NCBI GenBank assembly: GCA_964588955.1
Contig: CAZPQJ010000002.1
Location: 58,078-122,077, forward strand
Length of the DNA stretch: 64,000 bases
Source: an uncultured Gammaproteobacteria bacterium
Lineage (GTDB): Bacteria > Patescibacteriota > Patescibacteriia > UBA9934 > CAMTUG01
Direction of reading: 5' to 3'
This document shows positions 37,190-46,417 of the stretch, piece after piece. Within the stretch, counting starts at the first letter, position 1. Each line of letters begins with the position of its first letter. The notes below the pieces were generated by a model. That model was not told the DNA's origin and ran no database searches. It saw nothing but the letters and a program-made list of their open reading frames with translations. Made by a program: the position numbers and the translations under genes.

Positions 37190-37342
37190 ATGCCAAAGCG
37201 AACGTATCAGCCAAAAAAGCGCCGCGTGGTTAAAGTACACGGCTTTCGTTCTCGTATGTCGACCAAAAATGGTCGCAATGTTTTGAAGTCCCGTAAAGCC
37301 AAAGGACGCAAACGTTTGGTTGTCAAACTCAAGAAAAAATAG
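37190..37342 (+). CDS. rpmH: 50S ribosomal protein L34 (not in the ORF track because it is under 60 aa).
   Basis: [50 protein letters not shown] is canonical L34. Confidence 0.9.
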   Translation: MPKRTYQPKKRRVVKVHGFRSRMSTKNGRNVLKSRKAKGRKRLVVKLKKK

Positions 37343-37682
37343 ACATTTTGTGAGCCTGAAGAATGATCAGGACATTAAAAAGGTCTTTGCCAAAGGAAAA
37401 GGGGTTTACGACGACTTGTGCGGAATCAAATTCATTCGCAATGGGCTGGAAGAAACACGATTTGCCATTGTCGTTGGAGTGAAAGTGGCAAAGAAAGCAG
37501 TGGCGCGAAACAGGCTCAAACGCCAAATTCGCGCCATTTTAGCTAATAATAGCAAAAATATTATCACTGGCTTTGATGTGGTGATTTTGACGCGCACACC
37601 AGCAATTGGCAAAAAGGCGTCCGAAATACGCACCCACCTGTTGCGTGCGTTGGAAAAGGGAAAGTTATTAAAAAATGACTAA
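37320..37682 (+). CDS. rnpA: RNase P protein component. An alternative GTG start at 37350 avoids overlap with rpmH.
   Basis: Basic protein with the RNR-motif region [13 protein letters not shown]. Classic position after rpmH. Confidence 0.8.
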   Translation: MSNSRKNRHFVSLKNDQDIKKVFAKGKGVYDDLCGIKFIRNGLEETRFAIVVGVKVAKKAVARNRLKRQIRAILANNSKNIITGFDVVILTRTPAIGKKASEIRTHLLRALEKGKLLKND

Positions 37683-37935
37683 CTTTAGTACAATAATTTC
37701 TTTTCCGTTGCTAAAAGCGATTCGGTTCTATCAAAAGACGCTTTCGCCGGATCACGGTCCCCTTCGGATGCTCCACCCAGGAGGTTTTTGCCGATTTTAC
37801 CCGACCTGTTCTGAGTACGGGCACCAGGCAATCCAGACACACGGGGTAATAAAAGGCCTCGCCCTTAGTATTTGGAGGGTCTTGCGGTGCCACCCCTGGG
37901 CAAAAGGCGGTCTCGACCCTATCCCCAACAAATAA
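37675..37935 (+). CDS. yidD: Membrane protein insertion efficiency factor YidD.
   Basis: [15 protein letters not shown]…[15 protein letters not shown]…[15 protein letters not shown]. Confidence 0.85.
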   Translation: MTNFSTIISFPLLKAIRFYQKTLSPDHGPLRMLHPGGFCRFYPTCSEYGHQAIQTHGVIKGLALSIWRVLRCHPWAKGGLDPIPNK

Positions 37936-37985
37936 CAAAACCGCCCTTGGTCTTCGGTGGCTCGGGCGGTTTTGGTTTGTTTTGG
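37934..37985. terminator. Bidirectional terminator (aaaaccgccc-ttggtcttcggtggctc-gggcggtttt).
   Basis: 9-bp GC stem with flanking A and T runs. No yidC follows yidD. Confidence 0.55.
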
Positions 37986-37988
37986 TTC

Positions 37989-38087
37989 TTAAGCGCAGGA
38001 GCAGTTCTCCATCGCTTCCTGGCACGTTTCACATTTGGCTTCGCACTGGCACTCGGCGTTGAGGCAGATACCGCAGGTCTCTTCCAT
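37989..38087 (-). CDS. Candidate 32-aa cysteine-rich peptide (MEETCGICLNAECQCEAKCETCQEAMENCSCA).
   Basis: Uninterrupted small ORF with 7 Cys in 32 aa, 61 nt downstream of recA on the same strand. No SD. Not in the ORF track. Confidence 0.25.
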   Translation of the reverse strand: MEETCGICLNAECQCEAKCETCQEAMENCSCA

Positions 38088-38148
38088 AAAGAGGAAAGAT
38101 TAATTGTACGCAAGAGTATAGCAGATTATTCTTGTTTTGTCAATGATT

Positions 38149-39195
38149 CTAGTCTTTTTCCTCGGGTTCTGAAGTAATCTCTGCTTCGCCCGCCTCGATT
38201 TTTTTAAGGATTTCTTTGCGAATTGACGCCATCATCTTTGGATTCAAGCGCAGAGCCATGCGAGAATTTTCGCGCCCAAGACCAATACGTTCTTCTCCAA
38301 ACGAATAGGTGTTGCCGTTTTTATTTACGACTCCAAAGCGTACGCCGACGTCCAGCAAGTCGCTGGCGGTAGAAATGCCTTCGTTGTACATAATGTCGAA
38401 TTCGCAGGTGCGGAACGGCGGAGCGACCTTGTTTTTGACCACTTTCACCTTCACACGGTTGCCAATAATCGCATCGCCTTGTTTGATTTGCGCGGCACGG
38501 CGGATTTCAATGCGAATAGAACAGTAAAATTTGAGAGCATTGCCTCCAGGGGTCGTTTCTGGGTTGCCAAACATAACCCCGATTTTGTGGCGGATTTGGT
38601 TGATAAAAATTACTGTGGTGTTGGATTTGGAGATGATGCCAGCCAGTTTGCGCAACGCTTGCGACATAAGGCGAGCCTGCAAGCCCATATGAGAATCTCC
38701 CATTTCCCCCTCAATTTCTGCCTTAGGCGTAAGAGCCGCCACGGAGTCTACAACCACAACGTCCACGGCATTTGAACGCACGAGGGTCTCCACAATTTCC
38801 AGTGCTTGTTCACCAGTATCCGGTTGGCTAATAAACAACTCGTCGATTTTTACTCCAATCTTTTCCGCGTAGTCTGGATCCAAGGCGTGCTCGGCATCAA
38901 CATAAGCCGCAATCCCCCCTGTTTTTTGCACTTCGGCAACAATGTGCTGGGCCAATGTGGTTTTACCAGAAGACTCAGGACCAAAAATCTCAATAATGCG
39001 CCCACGCGGCACTCCACCGACCCCCAAGGCTAAGTCGATCGACAAACAGCCAGTAGAGATGGCGTCGATTTCCATGGTTTTGGCTTCCCCAAGGCGCATG
39101 ATCGATCCTTCCCCAAATCGCTGCTTAATCTGGCTAATCGCCTCCATCGCCGCCTTTCCTTTCCCGGTCTCTTCTTTCGCGTCTACTTTTGCCAT
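38149..39195 (-). CDS. recA: Recombinase RecA.
   Basis: Walker [16 protein letters not shown]1/L2 loop regions and ~348 aa. Confidence 0.95.
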   Translation of the reverse strand: MAKVDAKEETGKGKAAMEAISQIKQRFGEGSIMRLGEAKTMEIDAISTGCLSIDLALGVGGVPRGRIIEIFGPESSGKTTLAQHIVAEVQKTGGIAAYVDAEHALDPDYAEKIGVKIDELFISQPDTGEQALEIVETLVRSNAVDVVVVDSVAALTPKAEIEGEMGDSHMGLQARLMSQALRKLAGIISKSNTTVIFINQIRHKIGVMFGNPETTPGGNALKFYCSIRIEIRRAAQIKQGDAIIGNRVKVKVVKNKVAPPFRTCEFDIMYNEGISTASDLLDVGVRFGVVNKNGNTYSFGEERIGLGRENSRMALRLNPKMMASIRKEILKKIEAGEAEITSEPEEKD

Positions 39196-39292
39196 AAAGT
39201 TTCAGATTACAAAACCCCGCGTCTTGCGAGGCCTCCTTGATAGGAGGATTATAACATAGAACGTTTCGGTGGTGATACCTTTTAGAATAGTG

Positions 39293-39466
39293 TTACGTTG
39301 GTGAGTGTTTCAAGAAGGACTGGGTGAGGGTCTTTTCTCTATTTTCTAAGTATTGCTGGATGGCGTGGCGGAAAAACTCAGACTTGCTGGCGTATCCCCA
39401 AGCCACTTTGGCCTTTTCAATATTGTCGAACAGAGCGTCCGGTACGTTGACGATCAGTTTTCTCAT
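39293..39466 (-). CDS. Ribbon-helix-helix (CopG/Arc/MetJ-like) small DNA-binding protein, 57 aa.
   Basis: MRKLIVNVPDALFDNIEKAKVAWGYASKSEFFRHAIQQYLENRE: a beta-strand followed by two helices. Not in the ORF track. Lies between recA and a GC-rich membrane-protein gene. Confidence 0.45.
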   Translation of the reverse strand: MRKLIVNVPDALFDNIEKAKVAWGYASKSEFFRHAIQQYLENREKTLTQSFLKHSPT

Positions 39467-39619
39467 GTGGTTTGGTTTAGGTATGTTTTATGACTGTTTT
39501 GTATATGCATGGCGCTATCTAACGCGCACCTAAGTGAAAATCGACCTTTCTGTTTGTGTCGTCGTAGCGTTGACACCTCGGCTGTTTCATGAGAGGATCA
39601 GACGTCCCCGAGGTCAATC

Positions 39620-40228
39620 ATGGAATCGTTGCTGTACCGCGCCATGCACTTCTTCAACCACGACCGCTGTGCCGATATCGGTCGCATGCTCATCGGTGTA
39701 AAGTTCATCGCGGTCATGGGTCCTGCATCGATCGTGGTCGTGTGTTCGCTTCTTTCTCTGTTCCACATCGTCTTTTTTGGGAGCTTCGACGAGTACGGGG
39801 CGGAGAGTGTCGGACTGCTTTGTTTGGGGGCCACGCTCTTGTATGCGGCGCACTACGACCTTGAGGCCAGCTACCGCTACCACGGGCTCCTCACCAACGG
39901 TCTCTATTACCTGTTCGCCCCCTATCACTGGGTGGCGCTCAAGGTCTACGTCGCTTACACGCGGTGTGCCCACCGGACGAAGGAAGTGCATCGCGAGGTC
40001 CGCTACGCCTGGCAGGACTACGTCGTGACCACTTGGCGGCATCGGTTTTGGCTCAAGCGGGTCGATGGGGCGACCTGGATCCTTCCGTTGGGGCCGTTGC
40101 TCGCCACCCCGTTCGTGTGGCAGGCGACCAACCCGCTCCTTCTCGTCGGCATGATCTTGCTCGGCTGTGCTGCAGTCGTCTCCGATGCATTCTGGCACTA
40201 CAACAGGCTCGTGCGCTCGATCGACTGA
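39620..40228 (+). CDS. Integral membrane protein (~5 TM helices) in a GC-rich islet. Hypothetical.
   Basis: Five hydrophobic helices. The competing antisense ORF (39614-40237) is low-complexity Arg/Pro/Glu-rich, typical of a GC-rich antisense frame. Confidence 0.5.
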   Translation: MESLLYRAMHFFNHDRCADIGRMLIGVKFIAVMGPASIVVVCSLLSLFHIVFFGSFDEYGAESVGLLCLGATLLYAAHYDLEASYRYHGLLTNGLYYLFAPYHWVALKVYVAYTRCAHRTKEVHREVRYAWQDYVVTTWRHRFWLKRVDGATWILPLGPLLATPFVWQATNPLLLVGMILLGCAAVVSDAFWHYNRLVRSID

Positions 40229-40317
40229 GCGTCTCACTCATTTCTCACCGCGTCGGTCTAGCTGGATCGACGCGGTGCTACGTTTAAAAGTTAAGAATAA
40301 AAGTCAAACTTGTGTAA

Positions 40318-40357
40318 ACGCAAAGCTCCAGCACTTTTTTAGAGTACTGGAGCTTAT
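40318..40357. terminator. Bidirectional terminator (aagctccagcactttttt agagtactggagctt).
   Basis: Hairpin with flanking T/A runs between the membrane-protein gene and convergent rodZ-like gene. Confidence 0.5.
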
Positions 40358-40392
40358 TGTTGAATTTAGTTAATCACGAAAAACGCCTTTTG

Positions 40393-41109
40393 TCAAGGGA
40401 TGACTGTGGGTAACGGACCAGAAATACCGATTGTTTGAGCGTTATTTTCCAAAACCACGCGTCGATACACGGTTGATGTTTGCGAATAACGTTTTTTGGC
40501 AGAAACGGTGATGAGATTTAATCCGCGATCAAGATCCACATCGGCGACAAAACTGCCGTCTTTGTTCAAAAGAATTCTTTGGCCATTAACCTCCACTTCT
40601 GCTTGCTCAAAAACTTTACCGGTTACGCTGACCATAGCTGAATTGGTGGTGAGTCCGTCGATCGGCGCGGCGATTTCGATGGTCGGTGGAATTAAAATGC
40701 GGCGTACTTCAACACCCAAGTACACCAGAACCAAAGAGGCTACTAGTCCTAAAGCGGCGAAGCGGAAAATACGCGGGGTGACTAAAAAGCGTGCACGGCG
40801 GACTTTTTGGCGCGGTAAAAGTAGTGGGTCAACAAGATCACAGGTGCCGCGGGCGTCTTCAAACCCTTGCAAAAAGTAGCGCTCGTCTCCGCCCAAGTAG
40901 CGCACGTAACTGCGCAAAAAGTTGCGAGTATAAATTGGCTCGGGTAATTGGTGAAAGGCATCAGCTTCAAGTGCTAGAATAATTTTTTCTTGCACATGAG
41001 TCGCTTCCGCAATCTGAGCAACATTAAGTCCGCGATCGTGACGAAGCGCCTTCAGCTTTTTTCCAAAGCTTGCTCCGGTTTGTTCAACTTTGCGTACGGA
41101 AAAACCCAT
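40393..41109 (-). CDS. rodZ: RodZ-like cytoskeleton-associated protein (HTH_XRE, then a TM segment, then a C-terminal domain).
   Basis: N-terminal HTH (LKALRHDRGLNVAQIAEATHVQEKIILALE), central TM (FAALGLVASLVLVYLGV) and a C-terminal beta-rich domain. Confidence 0.65.
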   Translation of the reverse strand: MGFSVRKVEQTGASFGKKLKALRHDRGLNVAQIAEATHVQEKIILALEADAFHQLPEPIYTRNFLRSYVRYLGGDERYFLQGFEDARGTCDLVDPLLLPRQKVRRARFLVTPRIFRFAALGLVASLVLVYLGVEVRRILIPPTIEIAAPIDGLTTNSAMVSVTGKVFEQAEVEVNGQRILLNKDGSFVADVDLDRGLNLITVSAKKRYSQTSTVYRRVVLENNAQTIGISGPLPTVIP

Positions 41110-41112
41110 AAG

Positions 41113-43434
41113 CTAGTGCTTGGTTTCATCAATAAACCAATCTTGGTCTTCGTCCCCCTGCTCCTCTTTTTTCTCATTGGCCTCCGGAACTGTGATTTCC
41201 GGCGAGGGTATTTCTGGCTCGACCGGCTCATCCACCGCATCGGTCGCGTCGTCGAGCATCGAAGCATTTTCGCTCTCAAATGTTTCCTCGTCTTCTTCCG
41301 CTTGTCCAGCCGGTGGCCATTCCTTGATTAAGATTTCTCGCGGTTTGGCTCCTTCGCCAGGACCCACAATACCATTTTGTTCGAGTAAGTCGACAATGCG
41401 TGCCGCGCGGGCATAGCCGAGCTTTAGGCGTCGCTGCAATAGCGAAGTGGAGCACTTTCCGGCCTCGAGCACGACTTGGATAGCCTCTTCCAGCATTGGA
41501 TCGGAGTCCTCGTCATTCATCATATCGAGAACAGTGCCGGTTTTTTGTTTTTCGGTGATGGTGTAATTGTAGTCCGGTTCACCCACCCGGCGCAGGAACT
41601 TCACCACCTTTTCAATTTCTCCATCAGAAACATATGGTCCTTGCAAGCGCTTGGGTTTGCCGAGTTCGGCCGAGGAATAGAGCATGTCGCCACGCCCTAG
41701 CAGTTTTTCCGCACCAGAGGTATCTAAAATCGTACGAGAATCGATTTGGCTAGCCACCGCAAAGGCGATGCGGGTAGGCACGTTGGCTTTAATGATACCG
41801 GTGATAACGTCTACACTCGGACGTTGCGTGGCTAACACTAAGTGAATACCGACCGCGCGAGCCATTTGAGCGATGCGCACGATCGATCCTTCCACTTCGT
41901 TACGGCAAGTGGTCATGAGGTCGGCCAACTCGTCGATGATAATCACGAGCTTAGGGATTTTGGCCTCGGCTTTAGCGTTGTAACTGTCGAGTTCGCGTGC
42001 TCCGAACTTGGATAAAATGTCTAAGCGCCGTTCCATTTCACGCACTGCCCACTTGAGAGCGTTCACCGTGTCGTCGACTTTGGTAATCGGCGGGATCAGC
42101 AAGTGTGGAATACCCGCGTAAACGGTCATCTCCACCCGCTTTGGATCGACCATGATGAACTTCAAATCATCAGGCCCGTTTTGGTAGAGCAAACTCAAAA
42201 TAATTGAATGTAAACAGACACTTTTTCCAGAGCCCGTCGCTCCGGCCACCAGCATATGGGGCATCTTTTCCAATCGCACAACCCACGGCGTGCCAGAAAC
42301 GTCTTTTCCAAGGGCGATGGAAGTATTTGAGAGGCGGCTCTTAAACTGCTTAGATTCCAAAATATCTTTGAGACAGACGATTGCCGCTGACTGGTTTGGG
42401 ACTTCGACTCCCACAAGCGATTTGCCTGGGATCGGTGCCTCAATACGAATGGGGTGCGCGGCGAGTGCTAAAGCGAGGTCGTTTTGTAATCCCAAAATGC
42501 GAGCCAGCTTGACTCCTTCGGCTGGCCGGAAGGAGTACTGGGTAACGGTTGGGCCAATTTGTGACTCCCCCATCTCGACATCAATACCGAATTGCGAAAG
42601 GGTTTTCTGAATAATCTCGCGGTTTTTTACTAAGTCTCCAGAGTTGGCTTTGGAACTGCGGGATTCCAGCAAATCGAAAGGAATTTCCACTTTGCGGTGA
42701 GTTTTACTGGAAAGCACCTGCTCTTCAGGTTCTTTGGTTCCGCCAGAAACGGGAGATTTACGAAAGGCCGGGGCGATGGCAGGCTCCTCTGCTTCGTCTT
42801 CTGCAGGGTCCTCGTCCTCCTCGCTTACAGAATCCTCGTCGTCTACGGGCTGGACGTCGTCCTGCGCGCCACGGCGGTGCAACAGTTCTCCAAAGCGTCC
42901 GGTAACGTGGGTGTGCACGGTTAAGACAGAGCGCAATGAGGTGTTAAAAAGCAACATTAAGGCGACGAGTAGGAGAGAGGCGCTTATGACGAGTGAGCCC
43001 CACAGACCCGTTAAGGCAAAAAAGATTTGATAGAGCATGGCACCCACGTATCCGCCGGCACTGCCGAGTTCGGTAAGCGAACTTGGAATTTCGTTTCTGA
43101 AAGCGACGAGGTTTACGATGGCGTTAAATGAAAGGAAAAATAGTACGAGCCCAATGTAGTTCCAGGCGGAAAGCCGTACACGCTCAAACATGAGCGAAGC
43201 ACCGACCAAAACGAGCGAAGCGGGCACGAGCAAGCGATCCCAGCCAAACAGAAGGGAGGCAAAACGATCGATCGCATCACCTCCGCTGCCGGCCAGCCCC
43301 ACATACGACAAAAATAAAATGGCTGCCAGCGCAAAAAACAGAACAACGAGGATCCCGCGCTTGGTCTCGGGATTGAGATGCAGCTTGGGGGCCTCGTGTT
43401 CCTCTTCTTTTTTATGTCTGCGTCTTCGTGCCAT
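41113..43434 (-). CDS. ftsK: DNA translocase FtsK/SpoIIIE.
   Basis: N-terminal TM helices. Motor domain with Walker A VAGATGSGKSVCL and Walker B LVIIIDELADL. C-terminal gamma winged-helix. Start taken at MARRRRHKK. Confidence 0.9.
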   Translation of the reverse strand: MARRRRHKKEEEHEAPKLHLNPETKRGILVVLFFALAAILFLSYVGLAGSGGDAIDRFASLLFGWDRLLVPASLVLVGASLMFERVRLSAWNYIGLVLFFLSFNAIVNLVAFRNEIPSSLTELGSAGGYVGAMLYQIFFALTGLWGSLVISASLLLVALMLLFNTSLRSVLTVHTHVTGRFGELLHRRGAQDDVQPVDDEDSVSEEDEDPAEDEAEEPAIAPAFRKSPVSGGTKEPEEQVLSSKTHRKVEIPFDLLESRSSKANSGDLVKNREIIQKTLSQFGIDVEMGESQIGPTVTQYSFRPAEGVKLARILGLQNDLALALAAHPIRIEAPIPGKSLVGVEVPNQSAAIVCLKDILESKQFKSRLSNTSIALGKDVSGTPWVVRLEKMPHMLVAGATGSGKSVCLHSIILSLLYQNGPDDLKFIMVDPKRVEMTVYAGIPHLLIPPITKVDDTVNALKWAVREMERRLDILSKFGARELDSYNAKAEAKIPKLVIIIDELADLMTTCRNEVEGSIVRIAQMARAVGIHLVLATQRPSVDVITGIIKANVPTRIAFAVASQIDSRTILDTSGAEKLLGRGDMLYSSAELGKPKRLQGPYVSDGEIEKVVKFLRRVGEPDYNYTITEKQKTGTVLDMMNDEDSDPMLEEAIQVVLEAGKCSTSLLQRRLKLGYARAARIVDLLEQNGIVGPGEGAKPREILIKEWPPAGQAEEDEETFESENASMLDDATDAVDEPVEPEIPSPEITVPEANEKKEEQGDEDQDWFIDETKH

Positions 43435-43454
43435 AGGCACGGCAGATTTTACCA

Positions 43455-44021
43455 CTAATTCTGAATCCGCTCCACGTATTCGCCCGTTTCGGTGTTTACG
43501 GCGATGGTTTCCCCTTCTTTTATGAAGATCGGCACGTGTACGGTAAGACCGTTGTCGACCACCACTTCTTTAGTGACGTTGCCGCCGGCAGTGTCTCCTT
43601 TAATGGCCATCGGCGAGGAAACGACTTTATATTGGATCTTTTTTGGCACTTCAATGGCAATGGGGTTTTCTCCATGAGTCATGATCATTACCGGCAACCC
43701 CTCTTTCAAGTATTTGACGTCGTCGCCGATCATCTCTGGCTGCAAGGTCATTTGTTCGTAGGAAACGTTGTCCATGAAGGTGTGGCCTGTTTGGTCGCCG
43801 TACAAATACTGCATGTTTTTGTAGGAGACTTCCTCGAAAGTGAGGGTTTCGGCAGATTTGAACGAGTTTTCTTGAATCTTACCGGTGCGGATGTTGCGGA
43901 TGCGCGTGCGCACGAACGAACTCCCCTTTCCTGGGGAGACACGTTGAAACTCAACCACAATCCAGAGATCGTTGTTGAGGTTAATGACGGTGCCCTTTTT
44001 GATGTCGTTTGGTGATGGCAT
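43455..44021 (-). CDS. efp: Translation elongation factor P.
   Basis: …FQRVSPGKGSSFVRTRIRNIRTGK…, three OB-domain architecture, 188 aa. Contains the conserved modifiable Lys in the PGKG loop. Confidence 0.95.
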   Translation of the reverse strand: MPSPNDIKKGTVINLNNDLWIVVEFQRVSPGKGSSFVRTRIRNIRTGKIQENSFKSAETLTFEEVSYKNMQYLYGDQTGHTFMDNVSYEQMTLQPEMIGDDVKYLKEGLPVMIMTHGENPIAIEVPKKIQYKVVSSPMAIKGDTAGGNVTKEVVVDNGLTVHVPIFIKEGETIAVNTETGEYVERIQN

Positions 44022-44030
44022 AGGTTGAAT

Positions 44031-44150
44031 AAATACGAAATTCGAATGTCGAAATCCGAAATAAGCGGAAAATTCGAATGGAAAATGTTTAAAGATTTTC
44101 TTTTTCCTTTTCGAATTTGTTTGGTACTTCGGATTTAGGGTTTCGGATTT
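44031..44150. repeat. Inverted-repeat intergenic element, copy B (related to 21561-21673).
   Basis: Contains tgtttggtacttcggatttag (44118-44138), the exact reverse complement of the 21-nt core at 21568-21588. Also aaatccgaa / ttcggattt arms. Overlaps the epmA stop. Confidence 0.55.
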
Positions 44151-45124
44151 TTAAATAGTAGTCTTGCCGGGAATGCGAGGACGTCTTCAATCGACTTCGC
44201 TCCCGTGAGAAGCATGAGCAAGCGATCGACCCCCAGGGCGTTTCCGAAGGTCGGTTGGCGCAGGGATGGTAGCCCGGCAAGGAGGTCTTCGTCAATGGGG
44301 AACCGGGTTTTGCCCAGGCGAGACCGTTCGGCTGTTTCTTCCTCGAACCTGCGGCGCTGTTCGGCTGCGTCCGTAAGTTCGGTAAAGGCATTACAGAGCT
44401 CTGTACCTTGGATATAAAGCTCAAAACGCTCCGCGTACTTTCCATCAGGGGTGAGGCACGACAAGGCGGCTTGTTCACGAGGAAAGTCGTAAACAAAGGC
44501 TCCTGTGGTTGGGAGTTTGGTTTCAATTTGGGTCAAAAAGATCCGATGAAAGAGGTCAGACCATGTGTCTGTTGGGTCTGTTGTTAGGCCTAAGCGTTCA
44601 CATCTGGCACGGAGTTCCTCGGCTGTGGCCCCGTCGAGTTCGACGCCGGAGGCAGCTTTGAAAGCAGTAGGAATGTGGACGCGCGCAAAGGGAAATGTCA
44701 GCTTTGACTCTGGAAATTGCTTGGCACAATGTTTGATCAAGGCCTCAGTTTCATCCATCCCAAGGTTGTAATCAGCCCCCTGTTGGTACCACTCGATCAT
44801 GGTGAACTCTGGGTTGTGTTGCTTTGGGGCGTCGTCGACGAAGAAGTCACTATTACGAAAGACCTTCGTGAGGGTGAAGATCTTTTGTAATCCTGCACCA
44901 AGGAGCTTTTTCATGGAGAACTCGGGACTAGTAATGAGTCCGCCCGGATAGGTCGAACCATCCGCTCCGACGAGTGTTGTTTCGAATGGTGTGAGTGCCG
45001 GCGACATGTCTGGTGAAGCAACGAGGATAGGAGTTTCCACTTCCAGGTATCCGCGCGAGACGAAAAAGCCACGGATTGCCGCGTTTAGGGTGTTGCGATC
45101 TTCAAACAGTTTTTGTAAGTCCAT
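44135..45124 (-). CDS. epmA: EF-P--(R)-beta-lysine ligase EpmA (PoxA/GenX, truncated class II LysRS paralog).
   Basis: Class II aaRS catalytic core without an anticodon-binding domain, ~329 aa. Immediately upstream of efp. Confidence 0.8.
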   Translation of the reverse strand: MDLQKLFEDRNTLNAAIRGFFVSRGYLEVETPILVASPDMSPALTPFETTLVGADGSTYPGGLITSPEFSMKKLLGAGLQKIFTLTKVFRNSDFFVDDAPKQHNPEFTMIEWYQQGADYNLGMDETEALIKHCAKQFPESKLTFPFARVHIPTAFKAASGVELDGATAEELRARCERLGLTTDPTDTWSDLFHRIFLTQIETKLPTTGAFVYDFPREQAALSCLTPDGKYAERFELYIQGTELCNAFTELTDAAEQRRRFEEETAERSRLGKTRFPIDEDLLAGLPSLRQPTFGNALGVDRLLMLLTGAKSIEDVLAFPARLLFKNPKP

Positions 45125-45205
45125 AGAAACAGCGAAGGCGGGGCACAGTGGCCCCGCCTATCGGTTATCTCCCCTCCTTACCGATAAGGAGGGGTTGGGG
45201 GTGGT

Positions 45206-45439
45206 CTATTTTTGGACGAAGGGCAGCAAGGCCATGATGCGCGCGCGTTTAATAGCGCCGGAAAGGTCGCGTTGGTGCCAGTTGCAGACGCCCGATCGCT
45301 TGCGTGGGACGATCTTTCCGAAGGAAGAAACGAAACGGCGCAGAACGGTCGTGTCTTTGTAGTCCACGTCGTGGAGTTTGTTGACGCAGAACCAGCAGTG
45401 GCGCTGGGTGGAATTGGAATTTTTCTTATTGAAGGCCAT
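45206..45439 (-). CDS. rpsR: 30S ribosomal protein S18.
   Basis: …CWFCVNKLHDVDYKDTTVLRRFVSSFGKIVPRKRSGVC… is the canonical S18 sequence. Confidence 0.9.
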   Translation of the reverse strand: MAFNKKNSNSTQRHCWFCVNKLHDVDYKDTTVLRRFVSSFGKIVPRKRSGVCNWHQRDLSGAIKRARIMALLPFVQK

Positions 45440-45445
45440 AGGAGA

Positions 45446-45913
45446 TTAAAAAGGAATGTCTTCGACTTTGATTTCGTCGTCCGGAGAAACGCTTGGTTCG
45501 TCTTGGCTCATGGGAGGAGTCATGGAAGGCTTGCCGGCGCCGGCTTGGGTGAAAGCTCCGGTTGATCCCGGTATGCCGCCCGGCGCGCCGAGCATGATCA
45601 TGTTTTCCAAAACGATTTCCGTGCGATAGCGTTTGACGCCGTCTTGTCCCTCCCAGTCGCGGGTCTGCAAACGGCCGTCGACGTAGATTTTCTTACCCTT
45701 GGTGAGGTACTGGCCGCAGATTTCGGCGAGTTTGCCCCAAGCTACAAGGTTGTGGAATTCTGTTTGTTCTTGTTTGGCTCCAGCAGTGTCTTTCCAGGTA
45801 CGGCTCGTGGCTAGTCCGAAGGAACAGACCGATTGGCCGCTCGGAATCTGTTTCAATTCCGGGTCGCGGGTCAGGTTGCCGATCAACATGACTTTATTGA
45901 GAGAACCTGCCAT
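45446..45913 (-). CDS. ssb: Single-stranded DNA-binding protein.
   Basis: OB-fold N-terminus (LNKVMLIGNLTRDPEL), Gly/Pro-rich linker and an acidic tail ending DIPF. Confidence 0.9.
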   Translation of the reverse strand: MAGSLNKVMLIGNLTRDPELKQIPSGQSVCSFGLATSRTWKDTAGAKQEQTEFHNLVAWGKLAEICGQYLTKGKKIYVDGRLQTRDWEGQDGVKRYRTEIVLENMIMLGAPGGIPGSTGAFTQAGAGKPSMTPPMSQDEPSVSPDDEIKVEDIPF

Positions 45914-45916
45914 AGA

Positions 45917-46417
45917 TTAAACGTTTTCGTTTGTGCCTTCCAAAATAGCGTCAAGCTTTTTGTCGAGCTCTTCCACGGTCATGTCCGGACCTTTCTTCAT
46001 GGGAGCCGAAGAGGTTGGCGCAGTTGGGCCTTTGCGTTTCAAATCACGTTCGCCGCGACGCATGGCAAAGCCTTCTTCGTTGATTGGCGATTGATAGGCC
46101 TCGAGTTTGTAAACGCGTTTCTCCGCGCCTTCTGGGCGAGAGGTGAGCTGATGACGGAGAACGTTTTCGTTCAAGCGCAAGTCGTTTTCCAACTTGGCAA
46201 TCACCGCACCCTCAGCATCAAATTGCACCAGCATGTAAAAGCCGTGCTTTTGGTGTTTGATCGGGTAGGCGAGCTTGAGCTTACCCAAGTTCTCGTCGCG
46301 GATGACGGTGGCCCCGGTGGCCTTAATAAGATCGGTCACTTTGGTGGCGGCAGTCTCGGCTTCGGCGTCGGTCATCACCGCCGGGATGATGTACAACAGT
46401 TCGTACTGTTTGATCAT
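45917..46417 (-). CDS. rpsF: 30S ribosomal protein S6 with an extended C-terminal tail.
   Basis: MIKQYELLYIIPAVMTDAEAE… is the S6 fold. The long charged C-terminus is common in this operon position. Confidence 0.9.
   Translation of the reverse strand: MIKQYELLYIIPAVMTDAEAETAATKVTDLIKATGATVIRDENLGKLKLAYPIKHQKHGFYMLVQFDAEGAVIAKLENDLRLNENVLRHQLTSRPEGAEKRVYKLEAYQSPINEEGFAMRRGERDLKRKGPTAPTSSAPMKKGPDMTVEELDKKLDAILEGTNENV

Noticed and set aside
39614-40237. 207-aa minus-strand ORF overlapping the plus-strand membrane protein.
   Set aside because: Charged low-complexity sequence. The plus-strand frame gives five clean TM helices.
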